The notes under the pieces are model-generated. The model saw only the letters and a list, made by a program, of their open reading frames with translations. It was not told the DNA's origin and ran no database searches. 53,266 bases of DNA from Clostridia bacterium (lineage in GTDB: Bacteria > Bacillota > Clostridia > Oscillospirales > CAG-272): positions 1-53,266 of the forward strand of contig JAFVOP010000018.1 in assembly GCA_017505745.1 (NCBI GenBank), given 5' to 3'. A program made the position numbers and the translations under genes. Shown here piece after piece: positions 1 to 8,554 of this stretch (position 1 is its first letter; every line of letters begins with the position of its first letter).

Positions 1-1017
1 CGGAAAGTCTTCCTCTGAAGAGGTCGAAGTCGAAACCGGCGTTGAAGTTCGTGTTGGTCTCCCAGGTGATGTCAGGATTTCCGATCGAGCCCCTCTTGAT
101 ACCGATCTCACCGTCACTGTTTGTGATCGAGCGCGCTTTTGCGAATGCGGAAGCACCAGACCGATCACCAAGAACGGGATCGGGGCCAGGAATCCGAGGA
201 ACACCAGGCACACCCAGAATCCCGCAACCGACGAGTCTGATCCGTATACCGGATATTCGGGCTCTCCACTGCTTTGCTCGTGCGTGTATACCGTAGAACG
301 AACGGCATAATCGCGCACCGTATCCTCAATGGCTTCGGTCAAACCGTCATCCAACGGGGTAAGCTCCACGCTTCCCTTGCGGTAGGAGAAATTTCCGTCG
401 GCATCGAAATACTGATTGCCGAGCGTCCGATAATCGAGATAATAGAGCGTGTCGTCCAGCACATAGATCGCACCGCTCACATAGGCGATCGCGTCGGTGG
501 CCTCGTACGCCACCAGATCGTGCCGCTCCACGCGCTTCAATTCGGATACGTCCACTTGGCGCTTGGCGGAAGTCACCGCCGCTTGACTCATCCCCTCATA
601 CACGGAACGCTCCAGCACCGCACATTCCCGGCTATACGGATCCTTCAAGCGATAGGTGGCCACCTCTCCCTCCACAAAGGCATCCAGGGCTTGCGTGCCG
701 GCCTCGGTGGCGTAGATCATCGAATTGACTCCCCACACGATCTCGGTATCCACGTCTGCCGCGCTGATATTCCAATAATCTCCTTCCACACGGAAATACA
801 GTGTTTGATAAAATTCATATACCTTGGCAGAATCGGGATAGAGACGGAAAGGCGCCGTGTCGTACAGCCGATACACGCGATCCCCGCGGGTAAGCACGGT
901 ATCGTCCTCGGAAAGACTCCACTCTACAACCGCCGCCGATGCCGACACCGCAAGGAGCTGCGCCAACACCAACAGGCAAAGCAGAATTGGAGAAAATCTC
1001 TTTAAGATTCGTTTCAT
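1..1017 (-). CDS. Secreted/membrane-anchored hypothetical protein, last gene of the YtrA-ABC operon (3' end missing or chimeric)
   Basis: Not in the ORF track because it has no stop in the window. ATG at 1017 follows AGGAGG. N-terminal signal peptide MKRILKRFSPILLCLLVLAQLLAVSASA; TM segment FWVCLVFLGFLAPIPFLVIGLVL near the end. The last ~40 codons look foreign (see findings). Confidence 0.75.
   Translation of the reverse strand, partial: MKRILKRFSPILLCLLVLAQLLAVSASAAVVEWSLSEDDTVLTRGDRVYRLYDTAPFRLYPDSAKVYEFYQTLYFRVEGDYWNISAADVDTEIVWGVNSMIYATEAGTQALDAFVEGEVATYRLKDPYSRECAVLERSVYEGMSQAAVTSAKRQVDVSELKRVERHDLVAYEATDAIAYVSGAIYVLDDTLYYLDYRTLGNQYFDADGNFSYRKGSVELTPLDDGLTEAIEDTVRDYAVRSTVYTHEQSSGEPEYPVYGSDSSVAGFWVCLVFLGFLAPIPFLVIGLVLPHSQKRARSQTVTVRSVSRGARSEILTSPGRPTRTSTPVSTSTSSEEDFP
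2..130 (-). other. SusC/RagA-like TonB-dependent receptor fragment (probable chimeric sequence)
   Basis: A different minus frame translates to SITNSDGEIGIKRGSIGNPDITWETNTNFNAGFDFDLFRGRLS, matching the GNPDLxWE...NxGxDxxLFxxRLS pattern of SusC-family barrels. Confidence 0.7.
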
Positions 1018-1029
1018 ACAGGCACCTCC

Positions 1030-1899
1030 TTACGCGAGATTGAGCTTGCGTTCCAGCCGGCTCAGGGTCATACAGTAAAACGTACATGCCAGCGTTGCCA
1101 CAACGGCGCAGCAGGCCAACAGGACCACCCCAACGGCGCTTCGGGAAAGCCACAGAGAAGCATCCGCAAGCAACACCATCATGCCGTCCACGATCGAAAT
1201 ACCGCCAAACAGGAAGACAAATTCCAACACGAACGAAAGGATCATGTTCACCAGGTAATAGATTCCGATCGCGGCCAGTATTTTCATTTTTTTCGCGATT
1301 ATCGATCCTACGGTGATGCAAAAATGGATCAGACTGATCGAAAAGAGGCCAAGGGCAACCAGCAGGAGCAGCACCTCCAACGCATATACGATCACCCAAC
1401 CGCCGGCCGCGCTCCAAAGATGCAGGAAAAAGGAACCGATCTCCTGCAAGGCCACGAAATTGAAAAATCCTCCGTTGTATGCGGGCGGTGCAAACAGGCA
1501 GATCAGGAAGATACTCACTGCATACAGCGCCACGTGCAGTGCCATCCAGATCAGGGCGTTTACGGTCTTGGAAAGGAGCAACAGCTTCCGACTGGTGGGA
1601 AGCGTGAAGGTGAGATATCCTTCGTCGGTATAAAAATTCTTATAAAATCGGAAATACACCAAAACCAGGGTCACGAAGATCGAGGAATAGATCCCCAAGA
1701 ACAACAAAACCAACATCAGCATGGCAATTGAGGTGGCAAACGTCATGGTTACTCCAACATATCCAACGGATTCGAGATTGGAGATGACAAAGCGGAGCAA
1801 AAACGCCGCCACGGTGGAAGCCCCCAGAACGCTGACGGCAAGAATCCACCACACGTTCCAGATCGCCTTCATATCATATTTCAATAGCTTTTTGAACAT
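1030..1899 (-). CDS. ABC transporter permease (YtrC/D-like ABC-2 exporter)
   Basis: About 6 TM segments, MFKKLLKYD N-terminus, GYLTFTLP motif; overlaps the upstream ATPase gene. Confidence 0.85.
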   Translation of the reverse strand: MFKKLLKYDMKAIWNVWWILAVSVLGASTVAAFLLRFVISNLESVGYVGVTMTFATSIAMLMLVLLFLGIYSSIFVTLVLVYFRFYKNFYTDEGYLTFTLPTSRKLLLLSKTVNALIWMALHVALYAVSIFLICLFAPPAYNGGFFNFVALQEIGSFFLHLWSAAGGWVIVYALEVLLLLVALGLFSISLIHFCITVGSIIAKKMKILAAIGIYYLVNMILSFVLEFVFLFGGISIVDGMMVLLADASLWLSRSAVGVVLLACCAVVATLACTFYCMTLSRLERKLNLA

Positions 1900-2600
1900 C
1901 TGAACACCTCCCGGAACAGTTCGTCAAGTGATTGTCCCTTCTCGGCGCGCACCTCGTCGGCAACGCCCGAAAGCAGGATCTGTCCGCCGTATCCCATAAA
2001 CGCGAATTCGTCCAGGATCGGCTCAATGTCATGAATGAGGTGCGTAGTGATCACCACGGTAGCCTCGGGGTTATAGTTGCCGATGATGGTCTGCAAAATG
2101 TAATCGCGCGCGGCGGGATCCACGCCTGCAATCGGCTCGTCGAGCAAATAGAGCCTTGCGCGGCGTGCCATCACCATAATCAGCTGGACTTTTTCCTTAT
2201 TTCCCTTGGAAAGCGTTTTCAGCTTTGCCTTGGTATCAATGCCAAGATCCCCCAGCATCTTTTCTGCCGCCGCCACGTCGAAATCGGCATAGAACTCCGA
2301 AAAATAGGCAATCAGCTCCTCCACGCGCATCCAGGTATTGAAATAGGTACGCTCGGGCAAATACGAGATCCACGCGTTGGTCCTCTCGCTCCGCGGCTCG
2401 CCGCAAACGTAGATCTCCCCGCTATCGGGCACCAAAATGCCGCTGACCAGCTTCATAAGCGTGGATTTTCCGCACCCGTTGGGGCCTAAAAGCCCGACGA
2501 TCTTTCCGCTCGGGAGCGAGCAATTTAAATAATTCAATACCGGATATCCGTTTTTGTAGCTCTTGCACAGATTGGTGCAAGTGAGAACGGGAACACTCAT
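1881..2600 (-). CDS. ABC transporter ATP-binding protein (YtrB-like)
   Basis: Walker A GPNGCGKS, signature LSKGN, Walker B YLLDEP, H-loop TTH. Confidence 0.95.
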   Translation of the reverse strand: MSVPVLTCTNLCKSYKNGYPVLNYLNCSLPSGKIVGLLGPNGCGKSTLMKLVSGILVPDSGEIYVCGEPRSERTNAWISYLPERTYFNTWMRVEELIAYFSEFYADFDVAAAEKMLGDLGIDTKAKLKTLSKGNKEKVQLIMVMARRARLYLLDEPIAGVDPAARDYILQTIIGNYNPEATVVITTHLIHDIEPILDEFAFMGYGGQILLSGVADEVRAEKGQSLDELFREVFRCSKSY

Positions 2601-2959
2601 ACCGTCTCCTCCTTTTCCATGTAGTGTATCAATTCTTTCTTTGAGATCCCCAGCTCCTTGGCCTCGGAAAGAAAGCCTTTCACCAGCTCCCGCCGCATCT
2701 GCTCTCCCGCCTCGCGCAGGACCGCAACGTCGGAGGTGACAAAGCGCCCCACCGTGCCGCGGGCGTTCAAAAGCCCCTCCTGCTCCAACAAAGTCAGCGC
2801 CTTTTGCATCGTGTTCGGGTTTACCGCCGCTTCAAAGGCAAGCTGGCGTACCGACGGGATCTGCTCCTCCGGCCGATACTTTCCTTGCAGGATCTCCTTT
2901 CTCAAATGGCGCGCGATCTGTAAAAAGACCGGCTCCTTTTGATTGAATTTCCATCCCAC
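2597..2959 (-). CDS. GntR family (YtrA subfamily) transcriptional regulator
   Basis: 120 aa; IPSVRQLA...VNPNTMQKAL...LEQEG wHTH; heads an ABC operon; GTG start after AGGAGG. Confidence 0.92.
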   Translation of the reverse strand: MGWKFNQKEPVFLQIARHLRKEILQGKYRPEEQIPSVRQLAFEAAVNPNTMQKALTLLEQEGLLNARGTVGRFVTSDVAVLREAGEQMRRELVKGFLSEAKELGISKKELIHYMEKEETV

Positions 2960-2979
2960 TCTGTCGATCTCCTCCTTTC

Positions 2980-3028
2980 TGTACCATTGTACTAATACAA
3001 TAATACATCAAAAGAACGCGGTTGTCAA
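2980..3028 (-). promoter_or_regulatory. sigmaA promoter with overlapping YtrA-type palindromic operator
   Basis: Minus strand TTGACA(3028-3023)-17 bp-TATTAT(3005-3000). The imperfect palindrome TGTACCATTGTACTAATACAATAATACA (2980-3007, 22/28 self-complementary) overlaps the -10. Confidence 0.75.
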
Positions 3029-3086
3029 GTCCTTTTTGGGGAAAACTTTCCAAAAAAGTTTTTTGAAAGTTTTTTTATAAAAAATA

Positions 3087-3115
3087 TTGACAAAATCGCT
3101 TTTTTACGCTATAAT
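3087..3115 (+). promoter_or_regulatory. Consensus sigmaA promoter of tRNA-Thr
   Basis: TTGACA-17 bp-TATAAT, preceded by an AT-rich tract. Confidence 0.85.
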
Positions 3116-3143
3116 AGACGCGTTATGTTCCAAATGTGAATAT

Positions 3144-3219
3144 GCTGGTGTAGCACAGTCGGTAGTGCAGCTGATTCGTAATCAGCAGGTCGTGTGTTCG
3201 AGTCACATCACCAGCTCCA
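3144..3219 (+). tRNA. tRNA-Thr (anticodon CGT)
   Basis: 76-nt cloverleaf: acceptor GCTGGTG/CACCAGC, anticodon arm CTGAT-TCGTA-ATCAG, GTTCGA T-loop, encoded CCA. Confidence 0.97.
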
Positions 3220-3220
3220 A

Positions 3221-3251
3221 AAAAAGCCTGTTTTCATGACAGGCTTTTTTT
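3221..3251 (+). terminator. Intrinsic terminator after tRNA-Thr
   Basis: AAAAAGCCTGT...ACAGGCTTTTTTT hairpin plus T tract. Confidence 0.85.
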
Positions 3252-3258
3252 GACAAAA

Positions 3259-3606
3259 CTTCCCCTTTGGGGAAGGATTCGTAATTTGCCCTACGGGCAA
3301 TGTTGCATCAGGTCACGTGTCGAGTCACATCACCGGCTCCAAGAAGCCTATCTTTCAAAGATAGGCTTTTTGCTTCCCCTTCGGGGAAGGATTCGTAATT
3401 TGCCCTGCGGGCAATGTTGCAGCAGGTCGTGTGTTCGAGTCACATCACCAGCTCCAAGAAGCCAAGGCAAAGTCCTTGGCTTTTTGCTTCCCCTTCGGGG
3501 AAGGATTCGTAATTTGCCCTGCGGGCAATGTTGCATCAGGTCACGTGTTCGAGTCACATCACCAGCTCCAAAAGCCTATCTTCCAAAGATAGGCTTTTTT
3601 GCTTCC
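3259..3606 (+). repeat. Three tandem ~114-bp tRNA-Thr-derived repeat units
   Basis: Units start at 3259, 3373 and 3487. Each is CTTCCCCTT(C/T)GGGGAAG + GATTCGTAAT + TTGCCCT(A/G)CGGGCAATGTTG + tRNA 3' half ending GCTCCA + an AAGCC...GGCTTTTT hairpin. Confidence 0.95.
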
Positions 3607-3719
3607 AATTCAAAATATTCTTGCAAACCGTTGAACTTCGTGCTATAATAGGCTTGATAAGACCGATCGGCGCGGTGCGTGCCGTTGGACAAAGAATGAA
3701 CATGCAAGGAGATACGAGG

Positions 3720-5096
3720 ATGAAAAACGGAAGATGGTCCGTGGTCGATTTCGGCGCGGTCAAGAATGTGGAAGCTGCACAAACCGAGGCGTTTCAAAAA
3801 GCGCTGGACGCCTGTTTTTTGGCAGGAGGCGGTGAGGTGGTTGTTCCCGAGGGCAACTACGTCATCGGCGATATCCGCATCCGCAGTAATACCACGCTGC
3901 ATCTTTTGGAGCATGCGGTACTGTTGGGCAGCACCGACCCGAAGGATTACGTACACATCAATGAGGATCCTTTGGAGCCGCTCCCCGAGGAGCAGAACAC
4001 GCTCGCGCATTGGTATTCGCCCCGCCAATGGAAGGAGATGGGCGGCGGCTTTAAAAAGCATCTGTATACCGCGGGAAGCTACTGGAACTACGGGCTGATC
4101 CGCGCGGTTTACGCCGAAAATATTGCCGTGATCGGTGAAGAGGGCTCCCGCATTGACGGACGGAACGTCTATGATCCCGAGGGCGAGGAAAAATACCGCG
4201 GACCGCATGGAATCAACATGCATTTCTGCAAAAACGTCACTCTTCGCGGCTATACGGTGGTCAATGCAAGCAACTGGGCGCACGCGATTTTCCAATCCGA
4301 GAACATCACCTTTGATCACCTCACGGTGTTGGCGGGTCATGACGCCCTGCACACCCGCGCTTGCAGCAATGTAACGATGACCAACTGCAAGCTGATCACG
4401 GGCGACGATGGCGTGGCGGGATTTGATAATCTGAACGTGGTGGTGCGCAATTGCGAGATCAGCTCGGCATGCAGCGCCTTCCGCTACGGCGGAAACAACA
4501 TTCTGGTAGAGGATTGCCAAATTTACGGCCCCTGCCCTTATCAGTTCCGCGGCTCGTTCACGCGCGAAGAAAAGATCGCGGGCGCAACCGTCTCCGAGCG
4601 CGGGCGCAACAACATGCTCAGCTTTTGGACCAACTTTGTTACCGACGATCTCCCGGTACGCAAGCCCGCGGGCAAGGTCATGCTTCGCAACTGCACCGTC
4701 AAGAATGCCGACCGCCTGCTCCACCTCAATCTGTCGGGCAACGAATCCTGGCAGCGCGGCACACCGCCTACCGACATTACCTTTGAAAACATCACCGCCG
4801 AGGGCATCAAAATGGGGCTCACGGCCTACGGAATCGAAGGCTCTCCCATGAAGCTGACGCTGAGAAACGTCAACTACACCTATCATGAGGAGGCGGCAGA
4901 GTCTCCCCTGTTCCGCGTGGCGCATTGCGACGAAATTGAACTGGAAAACGTCACGGTAAACGGGTATACCGGAGCTTCCCTGATCCGTGCTTGGTCGGAC
5001 GGCACGAAGGTTACCGCCAAAGGCTTTTCCTGCAATCTCAACGGCGGAGAAATGCTCGTTCGAGCCGACGAGGAATTCGTTTGCCGTCCGATCTGA
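3720..5096 (+). CDS. Pectin lyase-like beta-helix glycoside hydrolase (GH28-like)
   Basis: SVVDFGA...FQKALDAC...GGGEVVVPEG N-terminus, TGDDGVA motif, Asn/Cys beta-helix ladders. Promoter TTGCAA-17-TATAAT at 3621-3649. Confidence 0.8.
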   Translation: MKNGRWSVVDFGAVKNVEAAQTEAFQKALDACFLAGGGEVVVPEGNYVIGDIRIRSNTTLHLLEHAVLLGSTDPKDYVHINEDPLEPLPEEQNTLAHWYSPRQWKEMGGGFKKHLYTAGSYWNYGLIRAVYAENIAVIGEEGSRIDGRNVYDPEGEEKYRGPHGINMHFCKNVTLRGYTVVNASNWAHAIFQSENITFDHLTVLAGHDALHTRACSNVTMTNCKLITGDDGVAGFDNLNVVVRNCEISSACSAFRYGGNNILVEDCQIYGPCPYQFRGSFTREEKIAGATVSERGRNNMLSFWTNFVTDDLPVRKPAGKVMLRNCTVKNADRLLHLNLSGNESWQRGTPPTDITFENITAEGIKMGLTAYGIEGSPMKLTLRNVNYTYHEEAAESPLFRVAHCDEIELENVTVNGYTGASLIRAWSDGTKVTAKGFSCNLNGGEMLVRADEEFVCRPI

Positions 5097-5229
5097 ACCG
5101 CATTCAACGTTTGGTTGAGTGAAAAAACGCCGTTTGGTTGTACAAAAAACGGCAAAAACAACGTCTGTTCGCTTCCATTGCGGTGCCAAATATGCTATAC
5201 TGATGGCATCAACGGAAAGGAGTGATGAT

Positions 5230-5739
5230 ATGGACATCACGTTAGGAAAACGAATTGCGGCCTTGCGCCGTCAAAAAGGCATGCGACAGGAGGATCTCGC
5301 GCAACAGCTCGGGCTCACCTCACAGGCCGTGAGCAAATGGGAGAACGATCTCACCTCCCCCGACATCAGTATTCTGCCGCAGCTGGCTTCGCTCCTCGGA
5401 GTCAGCGTGGACGAGCTTCTCACGGGCACGGGCAAGCAGACCGAGCGCGAGCCCGAGGTCAAGCTGCTTCCCGCGGAAGAACGGAAGGATCTTAAGGACA
5501 TGATGCTTCGCATTGTGGTCGATTCCAAGGACGGTAACAACGTGCGCGTCAATCTTCCCATGCCCTTGGTGCAAGCGGCGATCGACATGGGAATGGAAAT
5601 GTCGCAGGTCTCGGGGAATCAATCGCTCAAAGGAATTGACCTCAAACAGATTTTGGATCTGGTACATCAGGGTGTGATTGGAAATCTGGTCGAGGTGGAA
5701 TCCTCGGACGGCGATACGGTCCGCATCTTTGTGGAGTAA
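5230..5739 (+). CDS. XRE-family HTH regulator with a C-terminal DUF2089/YvlB-like domain
   Basis: RQEDLAQQLGLTSQAVSKWEND HTH; C-terminal VRVNLP...NLVEVES...TVRIFVE; AAGGAG RBS. Confidence 0.85.
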   Translation: MDITLGKRIAALRRQKGMRQEDLAQQLGLTSQAVSKWENDLTSPDISILPQLASLLGVSVDELLTGTGKQTEREPEVKLLPAEERKDLKDMMLRIVVDSKDGNNVRVNLPMPLVQAAIDMGMEMSQVSGNQSLKGIDLKQILDLVHQGVIGNLVEVESSDGDTVRIFVE

Positions 5740-5742
5740 GTC

Positions 5743-5988
5743 ATGAAGATCGTCATTCGGGAAGAAGAGCGGAAAACACGCACCTTTCAATTGCCCTCGG
5801 CACTACTCCTGAACCGCTTTTCGGCAATGCTGATTCGCCGCGCGCTCAAAAAGAAGGGAGTAACCGTCACGCGAAAGCAAACCGCGCGATTTTTGAAGGC
5901 TCTCAAGCACTACAAATGCGAGCACAGGGATTGGAAATTGCTTGAGATCTGCGACAAAAAGAATCAACACGTAGAAATCACGCTTTGA
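5743..5988 (+). CDS. Small hypothetical protein co-transcribed with the XRE gene
   Basis: Starts 3 bp after the XRE stop, GGAG RBS; basic 81-aa protein. Confidence 0.7.
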   Translation: MKIVIREEERKTRTFQLPSALLLNRFSAMLIRRALKKKGVTVTRKQTARFLKALKHYKCEHRDWKLLEICDKKNQHVEITL

Positions 5989-6101
5989 TATGCAAAAACG
6001 GCAGAAGAAATTCTGCCGTTTTTCTTGCATTTTCCATGCAAATATGGTAAAATGTTGGAAGAGAATGAAACATCCGAGACAGATCGGAGGAAAGAGCGAT
6101 C

Positions 6102-6968
6102 ATGAATTTATGTGACATCAAAACCGTAAAGCAGATCATGGCGATGTTCCACTTCACCTTTCGCAAGGAATTCGGCCAGAACTTTTTAACCGACCGCATG
6201 GTGGTGGAGGACATTGCCGACGCGTGCTGTATGGACGAGAACAGTACCGTTTTGGAGATTGGTCCCGGAATTGGCACGTTGACCTACGAGCTGGCACTCC
6301 GTCGCCGCCGGGTGGTCTCCTTGGAGATCGACCGCGGGCTGATCCCGGTTCTCGACTTCACGCTTGGTGAATTTGACAACGTGCGCGTGATCAACGAGGA
6401 CGTAATGCAAACCGATCTGGAAGCGCTCCTGGCTCCCTATTTTGCCGAGGGTCCGGTTTCGGTGTGCGCCAATCTTCCCTACTACATCACCACGCCGATT
6501 CTCATGAAGCTGCTCGAAAGTCGGCTCCCCTTCGACTATATCACGGTCATGATCCAAGCCGAAGTAGCCGACCGCCTCGCCGCCAAGGCCGGAAGCAAGG
6601 ATTACGGCGCGATCACTGCGGTGCTTGCCTACTACGGCGAGACCGAAAAGCTCTTTACCGTCCCTGCCGACCGCTTTGTGCCCGCGCCCAAGGTCAATTC
6701 CTCGGTCATCCGCATCAAGCTTTACAAGGAACGCCCCTATCATCCGCGGGACGAGGCCCTGCTCTTCCGCACCATCAAGGCGGCGTTCGGGCAGCGTCGG
6801 AAAACGCTGGTCAACGCCCTGGGCGCCGGCTTCCCGGAGCTTTCGCGCGAGCAGATCACGGATACCGTTACTGCCTGCGGCCACGATCTCAACGTCCGCG
6901 GCGAGCGCCTTGACATTGCGCAGTTTGTCGAACTGTCGGATCGGATTTATGAGATTTTAAAGAAATAA
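6102..6968 (+). CDS. rsmA: 16S rRNA (A1518/A1519) dimethyltransferase
   Basis: GQNFL, EIGPGIG, ANLPYYITTP, FGQRRKTL motifs. Confidence 0.97.
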   Translation: MNLCDIKTVKQIMAMFHFTFRKEFGQNFLTDRMVVEDIADACCMDENSTVLEIGPGIGTLTYELALRRRRVVSLEIDRGLIPVLDFTLGEFDNVRVINEDVMQTDLEALLAPYFAEGPVSVCANLPYYITTPILMKLLESRLPFDYITVMIQAEVADRLAAKAGSKDYGAITAVLAYYGETEKLFTVPADRFVPAPKVNSSVIRIKLYKERPYHPRDEALLFRTIKAAFGQRRKTLVNALGAGFPELSREQITDTVTACGHDLNVRGERLDIAQFVELSDRIYEILKK

Positions 6969-6988
6969 TTTTTGGAGAGAATATTTTT

Positions 6989-7018
6989 GTGGGAGACCTT
7001 CTTGAAGAAGGTCCCCCC
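6989..7018. repeat. REP-like palindrome (GTGGGA...TCCC family)
   Basis: GTGGGAGACCTTCTTGAAGAAGGTCCCCCC, related to the copies at 27587 and 52926. Confidence 0.6.
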
Positions 7019-7076
7019 TCCAATACCTCTTATAAAAAGAGGGATGCTTCTGCGGGAAGCGTCCCTCTTCGTTTCG

Positions 7077-8336
7077 TTAAACCGATTTTTTTGCAAATTT
7101 TCGGATCAACACCACAAGGTAGTGCACCGCAAGTCCAACCGCGATGGCAACCACAAGGTCAAAAACAACGGTCAGAACAAAGGTAAGCACAAGCACCAGC
7201 GTGTCGGTGATCGGTGCCTTCTTGCAGATCGCCACAAAATGCCGCCACTCACTCATATTGTAAGCCACCATAAAGAGCACCGCGGCAATCACCGGCATGG
7301 GGATCCACGCGGCATACGGCATCAGCAAGACAAGCACAAACAGCAGCACCACGGCGTGTATCATCGCCGAAACGGGCGAGCGTCCGCCGTTTTTGACGTT
7401 TGCCGCCGTGCGCGCAATTGCCCCCGTTGCGGGGATTCCCCCAAAGAGTGCCGAGCAAATGTTACCTGTGCCCTGCGCAATCAGCTCGGTGTTGGAATCG
7501 TGCGTGTCATCGATCATGCGATCAGACACCACGCAGGAGAGCAACGACTCGATGGCCGCAAGGATCGCAATGGTAAACGCGTTGGGAATCAGTGTGATGA
7601 TTTTTTCTGCCTGAAAGGTTGGAAGCGAAAACGTAGGAAGCGACCGATCGATCGTATAAAGATCGCCAATGGTATTGACTCGAAGTTTGGCGAGAAGAAC
7701 CGCCGCCGTAAGAACGAACACCGCGATCAGCGAGCCGGGAATTTTTTTGCTGACGCGAGGCCAAACAATCAGAATGGCAAGCGCGACAAGACCGACAGCA
7801 AGTGCCAAGGGGTTGAGGGTGGTAATCGACGCGGCAATTGCTTCCAGCTTTTCCATGGACTCCACGGCGTGTGTACCGGGGGCAAAGGTCAGCCCGAGAA
7901 AATCCTTGATCTGACCGATGACAATGGTAACGGCGATCCCCGAGGTAAAGCCAACCGTTATGGTCTCGGGAATATATTTGATCAGCGAGCCAAGACGAAG
8001 TAATCCCATGATCGCCAAGATCGCGCCCGCCATCAGTGTTGCTATGGCAAGCCCGTCCACTCCGTGTTGGGCGACGATTCCGGCAACGATGGTGGCAAAG
8101 GCGGCGGTAGGCCCCGAAATATTCACGCGACTTCCGCCGAGAACCGCGATGACAAAGCCCGCAACGATCGCCGTGTACAGTCCTTTTTCGGGTGAGACTC
8201 CCGATGCGATTGCAAGCGCAATCGACAAAGGAAGCGCGATAATGGCTACAATCAGTCCCGCCACAAGATCGTTGACAAATTGTTTTTTCGAGTAGCTCTT
8301 ACATACCTCGAGCAACTTCGGTCTGAAAAATTTCAT
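7077..8336 (-). CDS. SulP/SLC26 family anion permease lacking the STAS domain
   Basis: DLVAGLIVAIIALPLSIALAIASG, GLYTAIVAG, ISGPT, ELIAQG, PATGAIART motifs; ends just after the last TM helix. Confidence 0.92.
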   Translation of the reverse strand: MKFFRPKLLEVCKSYSKKQFVNDLVAGLIVAIIALPLSIALAIASGVSPEKGLYTAIVAGFVIAVLGGSRVNISGPTAAFATIVAGIVAQHGVDGLAIATLMAGAILAIMGLLRLGSLIKYIPETITVGFTSGIAVTIVIGQIKDFLGLTFAPGTHAVESMEKLEAIAASITTLNPLALAVGLVALAILIVWPRVSKKIPGSLIAVFVLTAAVLLAKLRVNTIGDLYTIDRSLPTFSLPTFQAEKIITLIPNAFTIAILAAIESLLSCVVSDRMIDDTHDSNTELIAQGTGNICSALFGGIPATGAIARTAANVKNGGRSPVSAMIHAVVLLFVLVLLMPYAAWIPMPVIAAVLFMVAYNMSEWRHFVAICKKAPITDTLVLVLTFVLTVVFDLVVAIAVGLAVHYLVVLIRKFAKKSV

Positions 8337-8554
8337 AATACGTCCTTCTGTAAGTTGTCAAATTGGATGCCGACGTATATTATACACGCTTTTTCAAAAA
8401 AACTCAAGGACTTTTTTCGCTTTTTTCTATAATTTTTCGTACAAGCACACGGGTTGTCGACACGGCGTGCTTGCGAGCCTTTTCAGCGATGACTCGCGGT
8501 TCTTTTCAAAAATGACATCTATGTTCTTTTCCAAAAAAACCGAACACAATACTT

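Noticed and set aside
274-1005. 243-aa plus-strand ORF
   Set aside because: It is antisense to the better-supported minus-strand gene starting at 1017, which has an RBS, a signal peptide and operon context.
3259-3606. CRISPR array
   Set aside because: The constant part is about 90 bp and tRNA-derived. The variable parts are short self-complementary terminators, two of them nearly identical. No cas genes were recognised.
3259-3606. Additional functional or intron-containing tRNA genes
   Set aside because: The units lack the 5' acceptor strand and D-arm, so no cloverleaf can form.
3250-3648. 132-aa ORF with internal repeats, and the 5' extension of the 3528 ORF
   Set aside because: These are translations of the tRNA-derived repeats and cross several terminators. 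The GH28-like gene has its own promoter and an RBS before 3720.
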